DNA of 63,476 bases, the filler included, from Octopus bimaculoides (lineage: Eukaryota), in assembly GCF_001194135.2 (NCBI RefSeq). It is 7 parts of 7 records of this genome, joined end to end, with 100 filler letters (N's around TTAATTAATTAA, not from the genome) between each part and the next. Parts side by side here need not be neighbours in the genome. Positions count along the whole stretch, not along the records: positions 35,584 to 54,733 come from NC_069005.1; 6 more parts are not named here. One strand, given 5' to 3'. The translations under genes were made by a program, and so were the position numbers. Shown here in pieces: positions 40,367-50,849 of the stretch. Below the pieces are notes generated by a model. That model made no database searches. It worked only from the letters and a program-made list of their open reading frames with translations, and was not told where the DNA came from. The first letter of the stretch is position 1; every line of letters begins with the position of its first letter.

Positions 40367-40705
40367 AAGACAAAGAGAATTAAAAGTGCCAGGTAATTGA
40401 CTTTACAGTTCCAAATAATGAAAAAGTCAATATGAGAAAATAGCAAAGTACAGGGACTTTACCACTGAGTAACAGAGGCTACGGAAAGTGGTGTAGTTAC
40501 AGGTGCATTAGGTACTATTTCTAAAGATTTGAACAGATGCATAGAGGAAATAGGCATAAAACCTAGTTTGGTGCAGCTCCAGAAAACAGCATTATTAGGG
40601 ACAGCTAGGATACTTAGGAAGGTTCTTGGCATCTAAGGTTAATTGTTGTAGACTGATGTTAGGAATTTTTTCCAACTGTTTAATCTATTGTATGCAAATG
40701 AAATA
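39176..40705 (+). mobile_element. R4/Dong-like LINE 3' half, interrupted by a SINE and a microsatellite
   Basis: GYKYLGV...KSKLNG; LRTNWIKAKIDKN; SVTHIVSECSMLAQKEYKKRHN; IQTDRALEARIPDLVVV; LQKTALLGTARILRKVLGI*. Ends in an AAT-rich tail. Confidence 0.88.
39896..40065 (-). mobile_element. SINE family A with 13-bp TSD
   Basis: Family A sequence flanked by the direct repeat TGTTACTCATATA at 39883-39895 and 40066-40078. Confidence 0.92.
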
Positions 40706-40718
40706 ACAATAATAATAA

Positions 40719-40923
40719 CCCTTTCTACTAAAGGCACAAGGCCTGAAATTTTGGGGGAAGAGATTGTCGATTATATCGACCCCAGTACGTAACTGGTACT
40801 TATTACATCGACCCCGAAAGGTTGAAAGGCAAAGTCGACTTCGGTGGAATTTGAACTGAGAACGGACAACATGCTGCTAAGCATTTTGCCCTGCATGCTA
40901 GCGATTCTGCCAGCTCGCTGCCG
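40719..40923 (-). mobile_element. SINE family A, full length
   Basis: Reverse complement has tRNA-like head gcgagctggcagaatcgctagc...ctcagttcaaattcc and tail gcctttagtagaaagg followed by (ATT)n. Confidence 0.92.
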
Positions 40924-40954
40924 CCGCCGCCGCCAGCAACAACAACAACAAGCA

Positions 40955-41520
40955 CAATGATATGAAAGAAAAGAGAATGAAAGTGTATCTGAGACAAATG
41001 AGAAAAATACTGTATTCAAAGTTGAATGCCAGAAACATAATTTCGGCAATTAACTCGCACACAGTTGCTGTAGTTCAGTATGGTGCTGGAATTGTGAANN
41101 NNNNNNNNGTTGCTGTAGTTCAGTATGGTGCTGGAATTGTGAAGTGGGCAGAGGATGGGCAAATGGAATTGGACAGGAAGATAAGAAAGTTCCTAACAAT
41201 GCATGGAGCCCATCATTCACGTGCAGACACTGATCACCTATACATGAAGAAAGCAAATGGAGAAAGGGCACTAACTCAGGAGCTTACTGATATACATAAC
41301 CCAAAGTAAGGAAACCTTGCTAGGGGAAGTTAGGGTTGGGGGCGTATTGAAAGCAGAGAAAAACGAAAAACACAAGAAGTACAAAAAGCACGTGAAGAAG
41401 CACTACGCAACAAGGTACTACACAATCAAATCCATGTAGCCACAACTGAAGTTGTTGGAAAACATAGGTAGGACTGGCTGAAGAAAGGGGTACAGAAAAA
41501 AAGAGACTGAAAGCAGCCGA
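40955..41520 (+). mobile_element. R4/Dong-like LINE fragment, post-RT region
   Basis: KILYSKLNARNIISAINSHTVAVVQYGAGIVKW...LDRKIRKFLTMHGAHHSRADTDHLYMKK; WLKKGVQKKET. Confidence 0.88.
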
Positions 41521-42665
41521 TAGATGGATCCGTCCCACGCGACAGCAGCATTTCAACATAACTCCGCAAGTCAGCAATAGTTTCATCGTACAAGCCTGTC
41601 TAACAGCACATCCATGCCTGTAGAATTTATCTCCAACTGGTAGCACCCCACACTGTCAGGCAAAGGACATCAGGAATTTATCCATAGTCTCCAACCGGAC
41701 GTCGTCGTACTTCTCTGCCATTAATCCTCTATATATCGCTAAAGTGAAGCAGACACCGATCCTGTTGCCCAACTGGTTGAGGACTCTGAGCGCCTAACGA
41801 CATTCTAGGTGCCAAGCGCCCAGTATCAGTCTATACTTCACCCAGGACTGTAGCTCCGTCAAAGAAACGAGCCGCGGAAAGAAGTTCCTCACAAACGGAG
41901 CTCCCCCACACGCTCGCCATCCAGAAATCATTGTAGGTGGCGAACCTGAGCATGTGTCTGCACATTCGAAGCCACGGCATGCCTAAGTCACCACGCAGCA
42001 GACTGACCATTGGAACACGTCACTTCCATAAGACAATAAATAAGAAACGCTCCAACCTAATTAAGAAGTAACTGGGGCAAGTTACGACGGTCAGGCGATA
42101 AACGATGACGGAGGCGAAGTAGGCATTCGCCACCTCTGCCCAGCCTTTCAAGGACAGCTAACTATCTGCCCAGCCTTTCAAGGACAGCTAACTATCTGCC
42201 CATTCCTGGTTGAGACTGATCATTCTGTTCGTCACCTCGTCCCAGTTCTTATCCACCTGCAAGTCGGGACCGGACCATACATCGAGCAGTTTAACTGGTC
42301 CGTCAGTCCAGTGTCCGACATCACCATCCTACAACATCAATATGCCTCTCTAGGTTCCCAGTCGCAAGCCCACCGACTTGTCGGCGGTGATTTTGGCCCC
42401 TTCAACCGATTCATATTCCTTCAGAGTGGACCCAGCCGTCTCCACTTCGGACGCTTCCGACACCATGATGGTGACATCGTCCGCGTAAGCCGACACTGCT
42501 ATTCAGAGTCCCAGTTCGAAAGGGATACATCTCAAGTGTTCCAGCTTCCACAGCAGGGGCTCGAGAACCAACACGTACAGAAGTGACAGCGGGCAGCCCT
42601 GACGCACCGAGCGTGCGATGCCAAACGGTTACGTTAGGTGGCCGTTTACTTTGGCTACAGAGCAG
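41520..42665 (-). mobile_element. Tx1/L1-clade LINE ORF2 (RT) remnant
   Basis: VNGHLT*PFGIARSVRQGCPLS.LLYVLVLEPLL...VSAYADDVT...EGAKITADKS; LSLKGWAEVANAY; LPVGDKFYRHG. Confidence 0.9.
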
Positions 42666-42780
42666 GTACTAGTTTTGTTGAGGTATTTTGTTTACCTCCA
42701 AGATAGTCACCTCTTTAGGTTTCATTTCTTTATTTTCGATATTGTTGTGACTGTTGTTCTTCAATTGCTGCTTTACAAGT

Positions 42781-43070
42781 GAAGGTGCGTGGCTTAATGG
42801 TTAGAGTATTCGGCTCACGATTGTAAGATCGTGAGTTCAATTCCTGGTGACGCGTTGTGTCCTTGAGCAAGACACTTTATTTCACGTTGGTCCAGCCCAC
42901 TCAGCTGGCAAAAATGAGTAGTATCTGTATTTCAAAGGGCCGGCGTTGTCACACTCTGTCTCACGCTGAATCTCCCTGAGAATTACGTTAAGGGTACACG
43001 TGTCTGTGGATTGCTCAGTCACTTGCACGTTAATTTCACGAGCAAGCTGTTCCGTTGATCGGATCAGCTG
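42781..43070 (+). mobile_element. SINE family C: tRNA head, CORE-like segment and body
   Basis: A box gtggcttaatgg, B box gagttcaattcc, then gttgtgtccttgagcaagacacttt resembling the CORE domain. Runs into a gap. Confidence 0.9.
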
Positions 43071-43661
43071 NNNNNNNNNNNNNNNNNNNNNNNNNNNNNN
43101 NNNNNNNNNNNNNNNNNNNNNNNNNNNNNNNNNNNNNNNNNNNNNNNNNNNNNNNNNNNNNNNNNNNNNNNNNNNNNNNNNNNNNNNNNNNNNNNNNNNN
43201 NNNNNNNNNNNNNNNNNNNNNNNNNNNNNNNNNNNNNNNNNNNNNNNNNNNNNNNNNNNNNNNNNNNNNNNNNNNNNNNNNNNNNNNNNNNNNNNNNNNN
43301 NNNNNNNNNNNNNNNNNNNNNNNNNNNNNNNNNNNNNNNNNNNNNNNNNNNNNNNNNNNNNNNNNNNNNNNNNNNNNNNNNNNNNNNNNNNNNNNNNNNN
43401 NNNNNNNNNNNNNNNNNNNNNNNNNNNNNNNNNNNNNNNNNNNNNNNNNNNNNNNNNNNNNNNNNNNNNNNNNNNNNNNNNNNNNNNNNNNNNNNNNNNN
43501 NNNNNNNNNNNNNNNNNNNNNNNNNNNNNNNNNNNNNNNNNNNNNNNNNNNNNNNNNNNNNNNNNNNNNNNNNNNNNNNNNNNNNNNNNNNNNNNNNNNN
43601 NNNNNNNNNNNNNNNNNNNNNNNNNNNNNNNNNNNNNNNNNNNNNNNNNNNNNNNNNNNNN

Positions 43662-43820
43662 CAACCTTCCGAATTCTTTTTACAGTGCTTAGAAAATCTG
43701 AAGGGCCACTGCAATAAGTGTGTGAATCTGGGAGGGAAATATGTTAAATAAAATCATAATTATCCGATCCTCCTGTATTTTCTTTTATCCAAAGCTAGGA
43801 ATTTTTCAGTACCCCTTCGA
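43662..43820 (+). mobile_element. Mariner 3' end
   Basis: EFFLQCLENLKGHCNKCVNLGGKYVK* matches the mariner C-terminus. TIR-like ggaatttttcagtaccccttcga. Confidence 0.75.
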
Positions 43821-44384
43821 AGGCACAGTGATGCCCAATAAAAGCGTTAACCGGAGTGGACTCAGCCCATTCACTCCTAACTATGCTACTGTTTGAAGGT
43901 TCTTCAAAGGTCTCCTGTAACATTGCATAAGTTGTTTTATCTTTGAAGCCATTACGTAGAGATTTTAAATGAAAATATTTGTAGCCGGGTGTAGTTCTCA
44001 TCAGAAGTCTATCCCCTACCGCTTTCGGAAAAGAATTTGAACAATGCTTCACATCGTTTGTAGATGTTGCTGTGGTGGTTGTTATTCGGTTTCTATTTTT
44101 TTTGGTTTTTGCCTAGGATGTTATTATGGCTATGTTTTTTCTACTGCTGTGGTTAATGATTTGGTACATTCTTTTGACGTCATGGCTATTTTTGTTGTTC
44201 TTGATATTGTTGAGGTGGTTCTGCTGGTAGGTGACAGATTTGCGGTCTCTTTGGCGCGCCGACCGTTCTATCTCTTATTATTATTGAGTAAGAGAGAAGA
44301 GCAAGCTGTGAAAATAATAACGGAGTATAAATATACGAAGCCCAATATTCCCGTTGTCTACCCGTCTGATAAGGGTACATCAGA

Positions 44385-44475
44385 CACATACATCACAACC
44401 ATATATGCGCGACATCTTGATCTCATATCAAGATAAACAGCACATGACCTTGAAGGTGGAGCCCAGTTAGAATTT
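44385..44475 (+). mobile_element. Unclassified interspersed repeat (family E) fragment
   Basis: Homologous to 22650-22740 in reverse orientation. Confidence 0.65.
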
Positions 44476-44676
44476 GATTTAGTCAGGGCTCTGTGACATT
44501 TTTCATCTGATTGGATTTCTGACAAGTCAAATTTCTATATATTTCTGTGAAGCAGCTTTGCACACAAGCTGACTTTTAACCAACCATTAAATGACACCTG
44601 GGTAAGGTCTGGACAAAATAATTCTAAGAGTACAAAACTAAGAAATATATAAAAAGACCCAGACAATGATACTTAC

Positions 44677-44804
44677 TTATAACATATTCAGACAAAACAT
44701 AACCTGCGTGTTTTACAAACGAATTCGTAATACTTGACTGATCGCCATATTTGTTCTTGTTGTTGGTTCCAATATTTACGCTAATTGTTTTTACAGGTCC
44801 ATCA
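44677..44804 (-). CDS. S1A serine protease, internal exon between the His57 exon and Asp102
   Basis: Acceptor tttatttgcAG and donor GTAAGT (44676-44671). 128 nt, phase 2 to phase 1. Encodes (L)DGPVKTISVNIGTNNKNKYGDQSSITNSFVKHAGYVLSEYVI, in frame with the upstream exon and fitting the S1A pattern V.lG...Q...H..Y just before NDIA. Confidence 0.8.
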
Positions 44805-44924
44805 CTGCAAATAAAGTGGTAGTGGTGGTTGTAATAGAAGATGAAGCGAGAGCGTGATGGGTCGGAATGGGAGATGGTATTGTTAATACCAACCAACCAT
44901 AACCAAGCAGTTCTATAACGCAAA

Positions 44925-46360
44925 CATACATATATGTAGCAGTGATTCGAAACCCCAACCGATAGATCGCTTACATACTTTACTCTGGAATGAATTTGGT
45001 AACCAAGATAAGCTTTGTGACCTCCATATAATATGTGGAAGTTCTTGATCAAATTTAGAAGGGTGGTTAAGAGGTACAAGAAGAGCCATGCCTTTTGCTA
45101 TTCCAAGAGTATGGCGAGTGCCAAAAAACCATCATGATGATTGCTATTTTTATATGATTGAAATAACAAATTAGAGAAAAATTAAAGAAAGACAAGCACC
45201 TTAGTATCCCAGCATACCATCCTCTATTGCACCTGTGCTACATGGTGACAAATCACTGGTACCACAACCATAAGAAAATATAAGAAAATCCTATCACAAT
45301 GTTTTAATCGAATTTAAATTTCATATGCTAGATAAAATAATCAAAATTCAGAAGTTAAAAATATTTAGCTCAGTTTTCTACTAATGTTATGGTTACTATA
45401 ATAATAAAACTCATATTATGGTTCAAGTTATTAAATGCAAATATTTTATCTTGCCAGGAGAAGATACTATGGGGGAGTCATCAGGAGGTAGCAGCAACCA
45501 AGAAATGGCTGACGAGTTCGATTTCCACACTTTCCAAGTCAACGTGATCTGGATGATCTTATCGGGAACTTAGGCTTCATCAAGTCAGGAGCTGGACTTC
45601 TAGCATCCAGACTGAACGAATGGAATTTATTGTGGGAAGACTGCAAATCAGCAGTGTACAGGAAACGCCATAGGAATTCGAAGTATACTTTGATATTTGT
45701 GAACTCTGTTTTTGGAAAGATATGAATGGTTAGGGTTAGCAGCTGTTGTAATTGATCATGACCCAAAAGAATGGCGACTTTTTCTAGACAGCTCAGTAAG
45801 AAGCCTCAAAGCAGTTTTACTGCACAATGGAAATCAGTATTCATCTCTGCCTGTCGCATACATTGTACAAATGAAGGGAGAATATGAAAATGTCAAAAAG
45901 TTTCTTCAGAAAGTAAATTATGTGGAGTATAAGTGGGACATTTGTGGTGATTTTAAGATGTTTACCTTCTTGCTTAGATTGCAGGGAGGAAACACAAAAT
46001 ATTCATGCTTTCTTTGTCTATGATACAGCAGAGCTGATCATGAACATTACCAGAAGGTTGAGTGGCCCCCATGAAATGACATGCGTCCAGAAAAGCAAAA
46101 TGTTATAAGACAACCTTTTGTAGAGCCTTCCAAGGTTTTCTTACCTCCATTTCACCTAAAAGTGGGTTTGGTCAAACAGTCTGTGAACGCCTTAGATGAT
46201 GATGGAAAAGCCTTTCAAGAAAGGTTAAGGGTGGAATTTTTACTGGGCTACAAATAAGGACAATGTTGAGATCAAAGAAACTTGAAAAGACAATGAGTGA
46301 TGCCGAAAGAAAGGCATGGTGTGCATATCGTGGTTCCTAGGTAACAATAAAGATCCCAAT
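44925..46360 (+). mobile_element. Chapaev3-like (CMC) DNA transposase remnant
   Basis: GNQDKLCDLHIICG...WLRGTRRAMPFAIPRVWRVPKNHHDDCYF; EWRLFLDSSVRSLKAVLLHNGN...ICGDFKM...LQGGNTKYSCFLCL; LPPFHLKVGLVKQSVNAL; FLGNNKDPNY. The transposase origin is clear; the family name is from recalled motifs. Confidence 0.75.
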
Positions 46361-46386
46361 TACAAGCAATTATTATTATTATTATT

Positions 46387-46600
46387 AAGGTGGTGAGCTA
46401 GCAGAATCGTTAGCACGTCGGGCGAAATGTTTAGCGGCATTTCGCCCTTCTTTATGTTCTGAGTTCTAATTCCGGCGGGGTAGACTTTGCCTTTTATCCT
46501 TTCAGAGTCGATAAAATAAGTACCAGTTACGCACTGGGGTCGATGTATTCGACTTATCCCCTCCCCCAAAATTTCAGGCCCTGTGCCTATAGCAGAAAGG
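46387..46600 (+). mobile_element. SINE family A, full length
   Basis: tRNA-like head (tagcagaatcg; gagttctaattcc), central ggggtcgatgtattcgactt and tail gcctatagcagaaagg. Preceded by (ATT)n and followed by att(gtt)n. Confidence 0.93.
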
Positions 46601-46699
46601 ATTGTTGTTGTTGTTGTTGGTAGCAGCAGCAGCAGCAGCAGTGTTAGTAGTAGTAGTAGTAGTAGTAGTGGTGCATGCTAATTTAATTAGCAGGTATTT

Positions 46700-47200
46700 T
46701 ATTTTAACGGTTTGGCGACAAGTCTCCTCAAATTTTAAGATTCTTGCAAAAGAATGGCTGTTTCTTATATCTTGACAATCCTAGTTTCTATTCCAATTTC
46801 TTTCAGTCTTTTAGGTAACAGTTTGAGTGCTGTGCCAAGCACACCAATTACTACGGGAATAATTATTGCCTTGGTCTTCTGCAATCGCCTCAACTCCCTG
46901 GCTAGATCCTGGTATTGCTCATTTTTTTCAATTTCCCTAGTATTGATTCTGCTATCCTAGGGAATTGCGAAATCTATGTTCTTACACTGTTTATTTTGTC
47001 CTCTGTGATCATATCCAGTTTTCTTGCTTCAATAATATGGTTAATCTTTTTGAAGAAATCTCACAAGACCTTGTAATTCTCATTTTCTATCATAGCCTCT
47101 GTTACGTGTTCGTACCACTTTTGTGTTGTTTTGAAGCCACACACTCGGTTAACATCCCAATCAACTCTTTTGCCTGCTAAAACTTTTGTATATGGCGTAA
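46700..47200 (-). mobile_element. R4/Dong-like LINE 3' end, degraded
   Basis: KQHKSGTN/WYEH...EQYQDLARELRRLQKTKAIIIPVVIGVLGTALKLLPKRLKEIGIETRI. Confidence 0.82.
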
Positions 47201-47394
47201 ATCAGTGGAGAAGTAAGTCGACTTACTTCCCTTTGTTTCTTTTATTAGTTATCACTCCCTTAATTTTTTTACGCCCATAAACTGAACATTTACCCTCAAT
47301 ATCCACTGAATAATCATACTCTTGCACATTTTTTTCGCTAAAAACCTGTCTGATTACCTCATTCGTAATCCCCAAAAGCATCGTGACCATTGGC

Positions 47395-49819
47395 AGTGAA
47401 GAGGGTAAAGACAGACAGTCGCAACAAGGACATCAGACAGACAGTACTTTACGCAATATCCGTGCAGTTCCAAGTAATGCCGACATTTTCAATACATCTA
47501 GATTGTAGGGTATTTCTAAGGTTTTCAGATGTTTTTTCAGATTGGGTGGTATTAAACCCAATGCTCCGTTGACAATAGGGATAACCTTTATATTCGACTC
47601 TTGTAGCTGCCACATCTTAGGGATCTCGATTCTCAGGTCTCCATATTTATCAACTTTTTCTCTTTCTTTCATGATGATGTGTTGATCTCCGGCACTGCTG
47701 CGTCGATTATTAGACACTCTTGTTTCTCCCTCCTAAAGGTTACTATATCCGGCTTTGTCTGTCTGGAAATCAAAGTCGCAGAGGATTTTTGCCTTCCCCT
47801 TTTCGTCCATTACCTTTTCCAGTGTATGTTGGTACCAAGCATCAGCTATTTCATATCCATACTTAGGGCATAGTAACCAGTGGAGGTTTGGGGTTACATT
47901 GTCGTCTACGTGTGTACTCTTTCTGCGCTGTACTCTTTCGACCCTCTTCCCACACATTCTGCAGAGGTATATATCCCTTTTCATTGAGTTGGTATTCAAT
48001 GCTTGATCCTGGGTAGCGATGATTAGGCTTTCAGTATTCTTTTTTAGACCACCCTTCTGGAGTCACCTCCATGGGGCTTCCTGGTTTTTTAATTCGTTGG
48101 TTCCACGGTGGAACTGACGATGTAATTCCATACGGAATAGGGTTTCTTCTCTCTCGCTGGCTGTTTTTGTTCCAATCCATGAGCACTCTCAAGTCCATTT
48201 TTAACTCCTTCTGTACTAGCAGCATACTGTAGCAGGTCTTCTTTGCTGTTTACCAACTATTTTGCCATGTTTCTTCTTTCACTAGTGATGCACTCCCATA
48301 CCCTAATCAGCCCACATCCACCCTTACCTCTTTTCATGTAGAGCCTGTGTACATTTCCCTTAGGATGGAGGGCACCATGTATTGCCATTATCTTTCGGGT
48401 AGTGCGATCGAGTTGGTTAATATCCGTTTGTGTCCATCTCAGGATGGGTGCACTATAGCGGACTACAGCAACATCCCATATGTTGATGGCAGTTACAAGG
48501 TTCCTTGAGTTGAGACTCGATGTCAAAAGAAATTTGAGACGCTTGAAATATGCAGCAGTGACCTTGTCTTTCATTTCTCTGTGCAAGATATTGTCCAGCT
48601 CCAGGATCCCAAGGTACTTGTACCCATCATCATCCGAGTCTTCCATTCTCTCTCTGTTTGGTAATTCTATGCCCCTACAATTTACTCTTTTCTTCCGCTT
48701 CAAAGTAAGTATTCCGCTTCAAAGTAAGTTTGCGAACAGTTTTAAATCATCCATGAAGAGAAGGTGGTTGAGACGAGGTTCGTTCTTTCTCAGCTCATAG
48801 TGCACGTTGATTTTACGTAAGACTACAGAAAGTGGGATCAAGACTATAACAAATAACAGGGGTGAACAAGAGTCACCTTGGGATATACCTCTTTTGATTG
48901 CTACCTCGGCTAAGTGCTGGTTGTTGCAGGAAAGACGCGTTTTCCAACTAGGCATGCTGTTCTTAATCAGTGCACACACGTTCTCAGCTATTCCACAGAT
49001 GTGTGTTTCCAAAATCCACGAATGCGACAACATGTCGTAAGCCTTTCTGAAGTCTATCCAGACCATGCATAAGTTTTTTGGTGCCGTTTACAGTTCTTCA
49101 TTATAACCTTCTCTATCACAAGGTATTCCTTGGTGCCCTTGGATCCTTTTCGACATCCCTTTTGTTCTACTGGCAGAAGAGTGTTTTCTGCATGGAACGA
49201 ATATATTTTCCCTGCGAGGGTACCTGTCAATACTTTCTATAGGAGATTAAGACAAGCAATCGATCGATAATTGCCAACCTCATTGCCCTTTGACCGATCT
49301 TTCATTAACGATGTTGTTCTTCCCTCTACCATCCACTCTGGAACTGTAGGCAACTGTCTAATTGCAACGCAATTCTCTTGCGTGTTGAGCTAAACCACTT
49401 GAGCCAGTATCCTTCAATTCCGTCTGGTCCTTCTGCTTTCCAGTTTGGCAGATATGATATCTGTGCAATGACATCTTCCGTTCTTATGCGCCTTTTGGTT
49501 CATATCAACAGCCCACTTGCGTTTTCGAGCACGTTGCATAATTTGACCAGTACAAGGACTGTGTCCTGTAGTATGGCTAGCAGTTGTTGGAGTACGACCG
49601 GGCCCACCCTGCTGCACAGTGGGGGCACAGTGGGGCACAGTGGGGCACCTGCCGGGTGCGGCACCTTCACCATTGGTTCTAGTCCCGTTCACACTATTAT
49701 CGTCATTTATGTTTCTTGGAATTTTCACTCACAAATGAGGTATATCTTTAGGTTACTACCAACCGGTAATTTTTATCGAGACACCATCTCTATCAAGGTA
49801 GACCACCAAGGCGGCAGGG

Positions 49820-49821
<2 letters not shown>
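47395..49821 (-). mobile_element. R4/Dong-like LINE retaining both ends, with internal deletions
   Basis: 5' end follows (AAT)n. N-terminus ...RARKRKWAVDMNQ is joined to RT (NWKAEGPDGIEGYWLK; MVWIDFRKAYDM; ISQGDS; LFMDDLKLF; YKYLGILE) and REL (KYGDLRIEI...ALLGTARILRKVLSV*). Confidence 0.92.
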
Positions 49822-49856
<35 letters not shown>

Positions 49857-49923
49857 CATTATTATTATTATTATTATTATTATCATTATGGCCGCCATTC
49901 TGAAAAGAAACGGTCACTTGATG

Positions 49924-50299
49924 GAGGGAGGCAGTTAAGCTCGCCAAAATTCCAGCAAGTGGGCGAATTTATGTATGGAACTATAGATTTTTTGAGAGGA
50001 CCTAGCATAGCTAATGTATGGAAATTCACGAAATTTTTAAGAGTATCTTCGACAAGTTGGGACTAACTATCCTTGCTAAGATATCGAAGTTTTAACAAAC
50101 TATATTGTATTCTATCTATAAACCCGTCACGTATTTAAGATATAATGTCTATAAACATAACCATCTCAAAGTTTTGGTAAACATAGAAAGTACTAGAAAA
50201 TGCTTACTCATTTTTGCGGGGAGCTGTTAAGTTACCATGTCATCGTATGAATGATCTCAGTAGCACTGAGAACCCATTGGAAGAAGAGGGAAAGAGGAA

Positions 50300-50348
<49 letters not shown>

Positions 50349-50650
50349 GAGACGAAGAGGGAGGCAGTTAAGCTCGCCAAAATTCCAGCGTGTAGACGAA
50401 TTTATGTATAGAACTATAGATTTTTGGGAGGACCTAGCATAGGTAAGATATAGAAATTTATGAAATTTTTAAGATTATCTTCGGCAAGCTGGGACTAGCT
50501 ATCGTAGCTAAGATATCAAAGTTTATAAGAAGCTTTAAGAAGTTATATTGTATTCTCTTCATCGTATTTAAGATATAATGTCTATAAACATAACCATCTC
50601 AAAGCTTCAGAAAATACTCATTTTTGGTGGGAGCTGTCATCGGATGAATG

Positions 50651-50651
<1 letters not shown>
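49924..50651. repeat. Diverged direct repeat, two ~300-bp copies separated by (GA)n
   Basis: gagggaggcagttaagctcgccaaaattccagc at 49924 and 50357, with colinear similarity through ...gtcatcg.atgaatga. Confidence 0.9.
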
Positions 50652-50719
<68 letters not shown>

Positions 50720-50849
50720 GCAGCCATTCTGGAAAGACACGGTCACTTGAAGCTCCACAAGTCGTAAGAGTATTTTCAATCTTTTCGGCCTGTTAATTCA
50801 TTCCAGTAAAGCAACAATTCAACAACATCGACAACAACAACAACAATAA

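Noticed and set aside
43820-44052. 85-aa minus-strand ORF as a possible next protease exon
   Set aside because: No NDIA/DIAL or other S1A motif in the frames I checked.
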